Part shown: piece after piece, positions 41,215 to 50,026 of the stretch
How positions within the stretch are numbered: the stretch's first letter is position 1
Layout: every line of letters starts with the position of its first letter
Source of the DNA: Bryobacterales bacterium
GTDB taxonomy: Bacteria > Acidobacteriota > Terriglobia > Bryobacterales > UBA6623
DNA: 64,000 bases
Direction: 5' to 3'
Assembly: GCA_965208945.1 (NCBI GenBank)
Contig: OZ242366.1
Location: 1,762,123-1,826,122, forward strand
Notes under the pieces: model-generated
Told to the model about the DNA's origin: nothing
Database searches by the model: none
The model's input: the letters and a program-made list of their open reading frames with translations, nothing else
Translations under genes and position numbers: made by a program

Positions 41215-41486
41215 TTAGCCTGCCTTGCTCACCACCCGACGGCCGAAGCACGCGATAAAAGGCCGTGATTCGTAAAAACCATTGGCGCGGGCCTGGGACT
41301 TGGCTCGCTCCAGAAAGAAATGTCTGACAGCCGGTGAACCGTAAAGCCCTTGATTCGTGTCTCGTGACGCGAGGGCCGAAGGAGGCGATTAGGCCGCCAC
41401 GCCTGCTTGCGCCAAGCGGCTCGCGCCTCGTCCTGGCGGCCCTCTCACGCACTTCACCTAGCCACGTGGTGCGAGATGCAGGCTAG
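41215..41486 (+). mobile_element. MITE-like family A copy (longest, several internal modules)
   Basis: TTAGCCTGCC..CTCACCAC to GTGGTGCGAGATGCAGGCTAG. Internal modules shared with the copies at 37114 and 45552. Confidence 0.82.
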
Positions 41487-41556
41487 AATAGGTCTGCTCA
41501 CGAGGAGGGAGCTGCCTTCCTCGAGCAATTGGAAGAGATTCACCCGGAGGAACGAG

Positions 41557-43020
41557 ATGGAGACCGCCGCGAGGACAGGTTCCGTACAGTTGTTCTTATT
41601 GATTTTCGTGTTCGCGGTCTTGCTGGGGCCTGCAGCGAGCGCTGGAGAACCGATCGATATCGGATCGCGGCGCGAGCTTTTTGTCGACGACCACTTGATC
41701 GACTCCATGGACGGCGTGCGGTTGCTGCTGAACCGGCCTCAGCCGGCCGGAAAGGTGCTGGCCTTCGACAAACCGTGGGAAGGCAATACGAGCCTCTATG
41801 TCACGGTTTTTGAAGATGAAGGGCGCTATCGGATGTATTACCGCGGCAGCACGCATCCAGACTACGTGGTTCAGTCGATGGTGCGCCCGGACGAAGCGAT
41901 CCCGAAGGATCATCCTCAACTAACCGTGTACGCGGAGAGCCAAGACGGCATGAGTTGGACCAAGCCGTCATTGGGTCTTTTCGAGTTCGAAGGCTCCAAG
42001 CAGAACAACATCCTCTGGATGGGCGAGGGATCGCACAACTTCGCGCCATTCAAGGACACCAATCCCGACGCGCCGCCCTCCGAGCGCTACAAGGCGCTGG
42101 CGGGCGGACCTTTGCTGGCGCTGAAGTCGGCCGATGGGATCCACTGGGAAAGGATGCAGGAAGAACCCGTCATCAGCGATGGCAAGTTTGATTCACAAAA
42201 CGTTGCTTTCTGGGATGAGGTTCGCCAGCACTATGTCGCCGTCTACCGCGACTTTCGATACGGAGTGAGGACGATCAAGACCGCTACTTCGAAGAATTTC
42301 ATCCACTGGACGCCGGGAGAATGGGCTGACTACGGCGATGCGCCTCCGGAGCACATGTATACGAACGCGACGGTGCCGTACTTCCGAGCGCCGCAACTGT
42401 ATCTCTCTTTCCCGAAGCGCTTACAGCCGTTTCGAACGAAGGTCAATGACGGCAAGAACAATGGGTTGTCGGACGGCGTTTTCATGTCGAGCCGCGACGG
42501 GGTCCACTGGTATCGGTTCGTGGAGGGCTTCATCCGTCCGGGGCGCGATGAACGGAACTGGATCCATCGGACGAACGCGGTTTCGCGCGGAATCATTCAG
42601 ACCGGTGCCGATGAGCTTTCGCTGTACGTGGCGCGGCACTATACCTACCCCTCGGCGCACATCGAGCGCATGACGCTGCGGATGGATGGATTCGTGTCGG
42701 TGAACGCGGGGTATCCGGGTGGGGAACTGGTCACGAAGCCGGTGATCTTTTCAGGGAACCGCATGTACTTGAACTACGCGACGTCGGGGGCGGGGAGTAT
42801 CCGCATCGAGTTCCAGAACGAGAAGGGGCAGGCACTGCCCGGTTTTTCGCTGGAGGAGTCGCCGGTGCTCTACGGGGACGAGATCGACGGCGAGGTGGTG
42901 TGGCCGCGTCCTGACACGCGGACGGACCGCATGCCGTTACGGCGGATTACGGGCCAGACGGTCAAGATTCGATTCGTGATGCGGGATGCGGATTTGTATG
43001 CGTTTCGGTTCGGCGAGTGA
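41557..43020 (+). CDS. Hypothetical exported protein, probable beta-propeller glycoside-hydrolase-like
   Basis: Signal peptide; RRELFVDD, YRMYY, SxDGxxW repeats, FDSQNVAFWD, LRMDGFVS. Confidence 0.75.
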   Translation: METAARTGSVQLFLLIFVFAVLLGPAASAGEPIDIGSRRELFVDDHLIDSMDGVRLLLNRPQPAGKVLAFDKPWEGNTSLYVTVFEDEGRYRMYYRGSTHPDYVVQSMVRPDEAIPKDHPQLTVYAESQDGMSWTKPSLGLFEFEGSKQNNILWMGEGSHNFAPFKDTNPDAPPSERYKALAGGPLLALKSADGIHWERMQEEPVISDGKFDSQNVAFWDEVRQHYVAVYRDFRYGVRTIKTATSKNFIHWTPGEWADYGDAPPEHMYTNATVPYFRAPQLYLSFPKRLQPFRTKVNDGKNNGLSDGVFMSSRDGVHWYRFVEGFIRPGRDERNWIHRTNAVSRGIIQTGADELSLYVARHYTYPSAHIERMTLRMDGFVSVNAGYPGGELVTKPVIFSGNRMYLNYATSGAGSIRIEFQNEKGQALPGFSLEESPVLYGDEIDGEVVWPRPDTRTDRMPLRRITGQTVKIRFVMRDADLYAFRFGE

Positions 43021-44570
43021 CCAAAGAAACCGGGGTTGTCATGACACGTAGAGGTTTCCTGAAACGAACATCGCTGTTCGGCTGCTCCGCCGCTCTGCTC
43101 GCGTCGGGAAAAGCTCGCGCGGCTGCTCCACTTCTTCAGGCAGGCTATGCCGAGACGGACATCACGCCGGAGATCGGGATGGAGCAGCCGGGAGGATACG
43201 GCAAGGTGTTCCACCAGCACTTCCACGATGCATGCAAGGTGCGGGCCGCAGTGTTCAGCGACGGCAGCAAGAGCGCCGCGCTGGTGGGAACGGACACGTT
43301 GATGATTCCTCGCGAGCTGGTATTGAAGGTGCGCGCCGTGATCGAGCGCAAATCGGGGATCACCGGGGACGCTGTCTTGATCGGCGCTTCACACTCGCAC
43401 TCTTCCGGGCCGGTGGGCATGGTGCAACCGGGCGAGTACGAGCACGCATCCGAGTTCGTTCAGAAGCTGGCGTACGAGGCATCGTCCATGGCGAATCCGG
43501 AGTTTCTCCGGCATGTGGAAGACCAGATCATCTCGGCGGTTCTGCAGGCAAACGGGAAGAAAAAATCCCTCCGTTGCGGCGTCGGTTCGGGTTACGAAAA
43601 GGAAGCGGCTTTCAACCGGCGCTTCCGGATGAAGAACGGTCGTACGCAGACGCATCCGCGGCAAGGGAATCCCAACATCATCGGACCGGCGGGGCCGACG
43701 GATCCTGAAGTGGGTGTGATCGGGACGTTCGACGAGGAAGGCAACCTTGCGGGTTGCATCGTCAACTACGCTTGCCACGCCACGACGAGCCCCGGCGGCA
43801 TCTCGGCGAACTGGATCTACTACCTGGAGAAGACGATTCGAGGGGTGTTTGGTCAGGATGCCGTCGTGGTCTTTCTTGCCGGTGCCAACGGCGACATTAC
43901 GCAGGTCGACAACTTGAGTCCGTACGTCAACCCCGGCAGGGAAGAATGGGCACGGCTGGTCGGCGCTCGAGTGGGTGCGGAAGCCGTGAAGGTGCTGGCA
44001 TCGATGCACAGCGGTCCGATGGGGCCGGTCGATTCGGCGATCGAGGTGTTGAAGATCCCACGGAGGATTCCCAATTCGGAGCGTCTCAAGAAATCCATCG
44101 AGATGGTGAAGCAGGGTCCCGAGAAAGTGGGCCGGACCGAGTGGACCTTCGCCAAGGAGATCGTGATGCTCGACGCGTTGATCGCCAAGACGCCGGTGGT
44201 AGACACGGAAGTGCAGGCTGTGCAAGTCGGGCCGGCAGTGTTCGTAAGCAACCCGGCGGAGTACTTTGTCGAGTATGGTCTGGACATCAAGAAGCGCAGC
44301 AAGTTCCCGTACACGTATCCTGTCGAGTTGGCCAACGGGTGCGTGGGATACGTGCCGACCGAAGAAGCGCTGAGTCCGACCGGAGGCGGGTACGAGACAC
44401 GCCTGACGAGCTACAGCAATCTCGTGAGGACGGCGGGAACGCAGATCGCCGACGCCGGTGTGCGCCTAGCGAACAGCCTGACGCCTGGTAAGGTTCCGAC
44501 GAGACCACCTCATGCACTGTTCGCGGGAGAGGGATGGTCGTACGGCAGCGTGCCGGCTGAGTTGCAGTGA
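43017..44570 (+). CDS. Neutral/alkaline ceramidase-like amidohydrolase, Tat-exported
   Basis: TRRGFL Tat motif, DITP, ASHSHSSGP, NYACH, GYVPT. Confidence 0.78.
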   Translation: MTKETGVVMTRRGFLKRTSLFGCSAALLASGKARAAAPLLQAGYAETDITPEIGMEQPGGYGKVFHQHFHDACKVRAAVFSDGSKSAALVGTDTLMIPRELVLKVRAVIERKSGITGDAVLIGASHSHSSGPVGMVQPGEYEHASEFVQKLAYEASSMANPEFLRHVEDQIISAVLQANGKKKSLRCGVGSGYEKEAAFNRRFRMKNGRTQTHPRQGNPNIIGPAGPTDPEVGVIGTFDEEGNLAGCIVNYACHATTSPGGISANWIYYLEKTIRGVFGQDAVVVFLAGANGDITQVDNLSPYVNPGREEWARLVGARVGAEAVKVLASMHSGPMGPVDSAIEVLKIPRRIPNSERLKKSIEMVKQGPEKVGRTEWTFAKEIVMLDALIAKTPVVDTEVQAVQVGPAVFVSNPAEYFVEYGLDIKKRSKFPYTYPVELANGCVGYVPTEEALSPTGGGYETRLTSYSNLVRTAGTQIADAGVRLANSLTPGKVPTRPPHALFAGEGWSYGSVPAELQ

Positions 44571-44731
44571 CTAGCCTGTCTGTCTCACCACCCGGCGGTC
44601 GAAGCACGCGATACGACCGCCATGACTTCGTTGCGCTTGCTTGCCGTGCTCGACGTACGGTTCAAGTACGCCTAGTCCTGACGGCCCTCTCACGCACTTC
44701 GCCTCGCCACGTGGTGAGAAAGGCAGGCTAG
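44571..44731 (+). mobile_element. MITE-like family A copy
   Basis: CTAG at both ends with inverted repeats CCTG..TCTCACCAC / GTGGTGAGAAAGGCAGG. Confidence 0.85.
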
Positions 44732-44758
44732 CAGACGAGTGGATAAAGAAGGAGACCG

Positions 44759-45136
44759 ATGAGTATGTACAAAGGTATTGAGCACACCGCGATCGCGACA
44801 CCCGACCCGGAAGCACTGGCTTCCTGGTATGACAGAATCCTGAACTTCCCGATCGTTCACCGCTACGCCGGGAATGTTTTCGTCAAGGCGCCGGACGACA
44901 CGATGCTCGAGATCATTCCTTCAGAAGGCGACCCGGCGGAGACGCAGATGAAGACCCCGGGTATTCGCCACTTGGCGATATCCGTGGACGACTTCGAGGC
45001 GGGGAAGAAAGACCTCGAGAGCAAAGGCGTCGAGATCGTGCAGGAAGTCAACGCGAGCGGGAACCGGCTGGCGTTCTTCCTGGACCCGGAGGGCAACATT
45101 CTGCACTTGATCCACCGCGAGACGCCGATCGTTTGA
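44759..45136 (+). CDS. VOC/glyoxalase family protein
   Basis: IEHTAI, GIRHLAI, DPEGNILHL; AAGGAG RBS. Confidence 0.88.
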   Translation: MSMYKGIEHTAIATPDPEALASWYDRILNFPIVHRYAGNVFVKAPDDTMLEIIPSEGDPAETQMKTPGIRHLAISVDDFEAGKKDLESKGVEIVQEVNASGNRLAFFLDPEGNILHLIHRETPIV

Positions 45137-45148
45137 GTCGAATGTCGA

Positions 45149-45538
45149 CTAGCCGGCAGGTTTCGCGGATTGCGGCTCGGACTTCTCGCCGTAGGTATTC
45201 CGGCGGAGTTCGTCGAGTCGATGCGCGGCGGCGTCGCGGATATAGCGGAACTGATCGTTGCTGGCCACGTCTTCGAGGACGGCCTCGTCCTTGAGCTTCT
45301 TGACGGCTTTGCGCCGGATTTCTTCGTCCAGGGAGTGTTTGGCCAAGTGGGCGTACACGCTGTCGCCGGGTTGACGGTCGCGAATCTCGTCAAACACGCG
45401 ATGGCGCACGAACCAGTCGCGGTCATCTGTCGCCATCTTTTGCAAGATGCCGATGTCAGGCAGTTCCCTGGCGGCGGCAATGCGCACGTCGGGATTGCCG
45501 TGCTTCCACTTGGGCCGGAAGATGTCGAAGAGCCCCAT
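45149..45538 (-). CDS. Small HEAT/leucine-rich-variant repeat protein
   Basis: MGLFDIFRPKWKH..PDVRIAA with repeated D..VR/IR..A units. Confidence 0.75.
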   Translation of the reverse strand: MGLFDIFRPKWKHGNPDVRIAAARELPDIGILQKMATDDRDWFVRHRVFDEIRDRQPGDSVYAHLAKHSLDEEIRRKAVKKLKDEAVLEDVASNDQFRYIRDAAAHRLDELRRNTYGEKSEPQSAKPAG

Positions 45539-45551
45539 CGCTCTTATTATC

Positions 45552-45676
45552 TTAGCCTGCATTTCTCACCGCCCGACGGTGGAAGCACGCGAGAGAAAGG
45601 CCGTGATTCGTGTCTCGTGACCCGAGGGCCGAAGGAGGCGATTCGGGCGCCACACCTGCGCGCGCCAAGCGGCTCG
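45552..45676 (+). mobile_element. MITE-like family A, left half only
   Basis: TTAGCCTGCATTTCTCACC...GAAGCACGCG...GCCAAGCGGCTCG, after which similarity stops. Confidence 0.75.
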
Positions 45677-45682
45677 TGAAGA

Positions 45683-46153
45683 TCAGGGGATCTTCCTGAT
45701 CCAGCGGATGGTGCGCATGCCTTCCTCGAAGCCTTCGGATGCGTAGAGCCGATTGCCGACCTCGTTGGTCGTGAGGCAGTCGAGGTGGGCATAGACGGCG
45801 CCCATCGCCTTGAAATGCTGCATCATGCCGCGGAGCATGCTTCGCCCGTATCCCTTGCCTTGATGCTGTGAGGCGACAGCGAGAATGTCGATAAAGCCCA
45901 TCGCGGTTGCTTCGTCGCAGACGCCGGTGGCGCAGGCGACGACCCCACTTTCCAACTCGCCGACAAGGATGATCTGGGTATCGAAGTTTTTCTCAAGCTG
46001 GAGCCGCCAGCGCTCCCGCCAATCGAGGCCATTCATGAGTCCGAACCGTTTGTCGGCGGTTTTCTGCCACGTAATCGGCTCGAACGCGTCGATGATCATC
46101 TCCTTGAGATGGTCATACTCGGCTGGGTCAGCGGGACGTAAGTGCAGGGACAT
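45683..46153 (-). CDS. GNAT family N-acetyltransferase
   Basis: LAVASQHQGKGYG acetyl-CoA motif and N....RLYASEGF. Confidence 0.88.
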   Translation of the reverse strand: MSLHLRPADPAEYDHLKEMIIDAFEPITWQKTADKRFGLMNGLDWRERWRLQLEKNFDTQIILVGELESGVVACATGVCDEATAMGFIDILAVASQHQGKGYGRSMLRGMMQHFKAMGAVYAHLDCLTTNEVGNRLYASEGFEEGMRTIRWIRKIP

Positions 46154-46238
46154 GGTTCGGTATCGCCTTCCTGTTCCGGCGGCCTGATGGCCGAGGCTCG
46201 CGTCAAGAGCGTCAAGTAATCTCAACGCCGCAGGCAAA

Positions 46239-46298
46239 TCGCGCTTCGTCCGGACGGCCACACAAGTCGTCTCGCCGCGCGGCGAGAAGGTCAGGTCA
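46239..46298 (+). mobile_element. MITE-like family A, degenerate right half
   Basis: TCGCGCTTCGTCCGGACGGCC...CTCGCCGCGCGGCGAGAAGGTCAGG resembles the family right end. Overlaps the leuS stop. Confidence 0.55.
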
Positions 46299-48735
46299 CG
46301 ACGATATTGACGAGCTTGTCGGGGACCACGACAATCTTGCGGATGGTTTTGCCGTCGATGTGCGGCTGGATCTTCCTATCCTCCTGCGCGAGCTGCTCGA
46401 TGTCTTCGCGAGCGCCGCCACGGGCGATCGTCAATCGCGACCGCAACTTTCCGTTGACTTGAACCGGGATCTCGATTTCGTCTTCCCTGGCCAGGACAGG
46501 ATCGAACTCAGGCCACTGCATTTTGAGGATGAACTCGTCGTTACCCAGTTCGCGCCACAACTGTTCGGCAAGATGGGGCGCGAAGGGCCCCATGAGCAGC
46601 ACAGTCTTCGAGACGACCTCACGCAGGACGCCCGCGGACAGTTGCGCCTCATGGGCGTAGAGATCATTCAGCAGTTCCATGAGCGCAGCCAGCGACGTGT
46701 TGAAGTGCCAGCGGGTGTCGAAGTCGCCGGTGATCTTCTGGATCGTCTGGTGCAGCTTGCGAAGCAGAGCACGGTCGGTATCATTGGCGGGCTCAGGGGA
46801 TTCTCCCGCTCCGACTGTTGCGTTCCTGGTGGCGAAACGGTAGAGCCGTGTCAGAAACCTCTGCATGCCCTCGACCCCGGCGTCGTTCCAATCGAGGTCC
46901 TTTTCAGGAGGCGCGGCAAACAACGAAAACACGCGGGCAACGTCGGCGCCGTGTTCCTGCAAGAAATCGTCGGCGCTGATGACGTTGCCTTTGCTCTTGG
47001 ACATCTTCATGCCGTCACGGATAACCATGCCCTGGGTAAACAGGCGAGTCGCGGGCTCGTTCCAATCGATCAGGCCGAAGTCGCGCATCACCTTCGTGAA
47101 AAAGCGGGCATAAATCAGATGCAGCACGGCATGCTCGACACCTCCGATGTATTGGTCGATGGGGAACCAGGCAGAAACGTTCGCCGTATCGAAGGGGGCT
47201 TCGTCGTTGTTCGGATCGCAATAGCGGTAGAAGTACCAGGATGAGTCGATGAACGTGTCCATCGTGTCGCACTCACGTTCGGCGGAGCCGCCGCACTGCG
47301 GGCAGTCGACATTGAGAAACTCGGGGACCTGCTTGAGCGGCGATTCGCCCGTGCCGGTCAGCCTGACGTTGGCCGGGAGCACGACCGGCAGGTCCTTCTT
47401 GGGCACCGGGACGACGCCGCACGTAGCGCAGTGGATCATGGGAATCGGCGTGCCCCAATAGCGTTGCCGCGAGATGCCCCAATCCTTGAGACGGTAGGTG
47501 ACGGCGGACTTGGCGAAGCCCTTCTCCTCGCCGTGGGCGTTCATGGCTTCAATCGCGTGGGCGCTGGGCAAGCCGCTGAATGGCCCCGAGTTCTCGGCGA
47601 CGCCGTAGGTCACGAAAGCTTCGTTCATGTCGGCTTCGACGGCGAGAGCGCCGTCGAAGGGGCGGATGACCGGGCGCACGGCGATGCCGTACTTGCGGCA
47701 GAACTCGAAGTCGCGTTGATCGTGCGCCGGCACGGCCATGATCGCTCCGGTGCCGTACGTCATCAGAACGAAGTTGCCGATCCAGACCGGAGTCTTCTCA
47801 CCGCTGTAGGGATTGACGACGAAGCGGCCGGAATCGACGCCGAGCTTTTCGACATCGGCCGGGTCGCGCCGCTCGATCGAGTCGATCAGCGGCCGGGCTT
47901 TGTCCTGGAGTCCAAACTTCGCGACCCACGGATGTTGGGGCGCCAGAATCAGGCACGTTGCGCCGAAGATCGTGTCCACACGTGTCGTAAAGACGGAGAT
48001 CTTCTCTTCGGAGCCTGCGAGCCGGAAGTCGACCTCGGTACCGGTGGAGCGGCCGATCCAATGCTTCTGCATGCTGAGGACGCGCTCGGGCCAGCCCTCT
48101 TCGATCTCCTTGTGATCATCCAGGAGTTGCCCGGAGTAAGCGGTCGTGCGCAGGAACCATTGGTCCAGGCTGCGCTGCTCGACAACAGTGTCCTCGTGGC
48201 GCCAGCAGCGGTCATCAACGACCTGTTCGTTGGCCAGCACGGTGGCGCATTGCGGGCACCAGTTCACCGCGGCTTTCTTGCGATAGGCCAGGCCGCGCTT
48301 GTACATCTCGAGGAAGAGCCATTGATTCCAGCGGTAGTACTCGGGCTCGCAACTCGAGATCTCGGTCGACCAGTCGTAGCTGAAGCCGAAGCGCTGAAGC
48401 TGATCTTTCATGGCGGCGATGTTGGCGCGGGTCCATTCGCCGGGGTCGCGGTTGTTCTGGATGGCTGCGTTTTCAGCCGGCAGGCCGAAGGAGTCCCAGC
48501 CCATGGGATGCAGGACGCGGAAGCCCCGCATCCACTTGTAGCGCGCGAGGGCGTCGCCGATCGAGTAGTTGCGCATGTGGCCCATGTGAAGCGTACCGCT
48601 GGGATAGGGCAGCATTTCGAGCACGTAGTACTTGGGGCGCGACGGGTCGAGGCCGGCCCGAAACAGGCCGGCCTTGTCCCATTCAGCCTGCCAGCGGGCT
48701 TCGATTTCTTGCGGGTTGTAGGTCTTCTCCGGCAT
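46291..48735 (-). CDS. leuS: Leucine--tRNA ligase
   Basis: MLPYPSGTLHMGH, SRQRYWGTPIP, KMSKSKGN. Confidence 0.98.
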   Translation of the reverse strand: MPEKTYNPQEIEARWQAEWDKAGLFRAGLDPSRPKYYVLEMLPYPSGTLHMGHMRNYSIGDALARYKWMRGFRVLHPMGWDSFGLPAENAAIQNNRDPGEWTRANIAAMKDQLQRFGFSYDWSTEISSCEPEYYRWNQWLFLEMYKRGLAYRKKAAVNWCPQCATVLANEQVVDDRCWRHEDTVVEQRSLDQWFLRTTAYSGQLLDDHKEIEEGWPERVLSMQKHWIGRSTGTEVDFRLAGSEEKISVFTTRVDTIFGATCLILAPQHPWVAKFGLQDKARPLIDSIERRDPADVEKLGVDSGRFVVNPYSGEKTPVWIGNFVLMTYGTGAIMAVPAHDQRDFEFCRKYGIAVRPVIRPFDGALAVEADMNEAFVTYGVAENSGPFSGLPSAHAIEAMNAHGEEKGFAKSAVTYRLKDWGISRQRYWGTPIPMIHCATCGVVPVPKKDLPVVLPANVRLTGTGESPLKQVPEFLNVDCPQCGGSAERECDTMDTFIDSSWYFYRYCDPNNDEAPFDTANVSAWFPIDQYIGGVEHAVLHLIYARFFTKVMRDFGLIDWNEPATRLFTQGMVIRDGMKMSKSKGNVISADDFLQEHGADVARVFSLFAAPPEKDLDWNDAGVEGMQRFLTRLYRFATRNATVGAGESPEPANDTDRALLRKLHQTIQKITGDFDTRWHFNTSLAALMELLNDLYAHEAQLSAGVLREVVSKTVLLMGPFAPHLAEQLWRELGNDEFILKMQWPEFDPVLAREDEIEIPVQVNGKLRSRLTIARGGAREDIEQLAQEDRKIQPHIDGKTIRKIVVVPDKLVNIVVT

Positions 48736-48811
48736 GGGGCGGGCAATAAACGTTCCAGTCCTCGGTTTCGCAGTATTTCCTATGACTATAGTGACAGACT
48801 CCTAGCGCCGC

Positions 48812-48970
48812 CTCCGCCCAAGTGCGGATCATTTGAGCGGGAAACACTGGGGCCGAGGGTTTGTTTCACATCAGTCCCGCCCCCGCCCCACTGCGCGGTG
48901 CGGATCATTCGAGCAAGAAACATCCGGTTCGGTGTCATGGCTGCTTGATTCGGACGATGTTTCAGGTCAG
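48812..48970. repeat. Hairpin repeat family B: a partial copy plus a full copy in tandem
   Basis: GTGCGGATCAT occurs twice; the second copy has GAAACATC...GATGTTTCAGGTCAG. Confidence 0.65.
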
Positions 48971-49024
48971 TTCCGCCCGAAAATCACTGACGGTGCGGAG
49001 ACTTGCTGCGGGCAATCTTTGTAG

Positions 49025-49190
49025 TGAGCAATAGCGAGCACTCATGGGCAAACGTGGGCAACCGAGGGCTACCGTGGGCAGGCAAACCGTGACCGGGCGG
49101 CAAGAAAACCGGGAAATGCCGGGCCATTGCGGGCAGCAGCAGCTTGGCGGCAGGAGAGCCGGGCAATAGTGGGCAATAGCGGGCAGCAGT
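49025..49190. repeat. Degenerate ~10-bp-period GGGCA repeats
   Basis: ctcatgggca aacgtgggca accgagggct accgtgggca ... gggcaatagt gggcaatagc gggcagcagt. Confidence 0.6.
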
Positions 49191-49354
49191 GAATCGGAAA
49201 GCCGTGACTTGACGGCGGGCACGGCGGCCCGGACGGCGAGAAAAGCCGTGATTCGTGATTCGTGTCTTGTGTTTCGCACGCATTCTCCTTGCTGCCTGAT
49301 ACGAAATCAGGGCAGTATTCCCGCCTCCTTACCGCCATGCTATCCAGGCCGGGG

Positions 49355-49405
49355 CGGAAAAAAAAGACTGAAGGGCTTCAGTACCCCCATGTACCGTTCG
49401 AGCCA
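49355..49405 (-). terminator. Terminator-like hairpin with U8 tail (direct repeat copy 1)
   Basis: Minus strand reads ACTGAA-GCCC-TTCAGT-CTTTTTTTT. Confidence 0.55.
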
Positions 49406-49415
49406 TGCTCCGCAT

Positions 49416-49449
49416 CCTCACCCCTACCCTCTCCCAGCGGGAGAGGGGG
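49416..49449. repeat. REP-type palindrome (CCCTCTCCC...GGGAGAGGG class)
   Basis: CCTCACCCCTACCCTCTCCCAGCGGGAGAGGGG. Confidence 0.75.
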
Positions 49450-49536
49450 CGGCCGTACGAGGTTCGTGAGGCTCCGGCTCGGCCAGACTCGAGGCGCGCC
49501 CGGAACTTTGCTTCGCATCCGGGGCGCTTGATGCGC

Positions 49537-49600
49537 GGGGGGGGGGGGTACCTGGGAAATGCCGGGAAATCGTGGGAAATACCGGGAAATGGTGGGAAAT
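49537..49600 (+). repeat. G12 tract plus five 10-bp NNNGGGAAAT tandem repeats
   Basis: cctgggaaat gccgggaaat cgtgggaaat accgggaaat ggtgggaaat. Confidence 0.8.
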
Positions 49601-49726
49601 CCTTGCAGGGAACGCACCCGAACAAGACGATCGGAAGCGGCAAGGATTTCACTTCGCAGGCGCTCGCAGGGAACGAATCCAGGCCTTGATCACGAGCCAT
49701 GATCTTCATGCTTAGCACGCCGGGTC

Positions 49727-49777
49727 GGCAAAAAAAAGACTGAAGGGCTTCAGTACCTCTGTGCACCATTCGAGCCA
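49727..49777 (-). terminator. Terminator-like hairpin with U8 tail (direct repeat copy 2)
   Basis: Same ACTGAAGCCCTTCAGTCTTTTTTTT core, 372 bp from copy 1 and downstream of nfo. Confidence 0.55.
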
Positions 49778-49944
49778 CATGAAAAGCGTAAAAGCCGTGA
49801 TTCGTGTCTCGTGATTCGTGAAAAGCATAAAAGCGGTGGATTGTGATTAGTGGTTAGTGACTAGTGAAAGACTTGAAAGCCCTGATTCGTGACCCGCACG
49901 GACTTCTCTTTGCCACATGGCGAGACATGCAGGCCCGTTTTCCC

Positions 49945-50026
49945 ACCGCCCGCGCGCGTATCATGCGATCAGGAAACATCCGGATGGGTGTCAACCCGGC
50001 TTGATAAACAGGACGTTTCAGGTCAG
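49945..50026. repeat. Hairpin repeat family B, copy 3
   Basis: ATCAT...GAAACATCC...TGTCAA...CTTGAT...GGACGTTTCAGGTCAG. Contains the nfo stop. Confidence 0.7.

Noticed and set aside
47431-48948. Long antisense ORFs (505 aa here; also 14751-16133, 37263-38411, 50987-52144, 57000-58043)
   Set aside because: Shadow frames of strongly conserved genes in GC-rich DNA, with no motifs of their own.
48736-50022. T-box riboswitch upstream of leuS
   Set aside because: I found no GGTGGNACC T-box sequence before either terminator-like hairpin.
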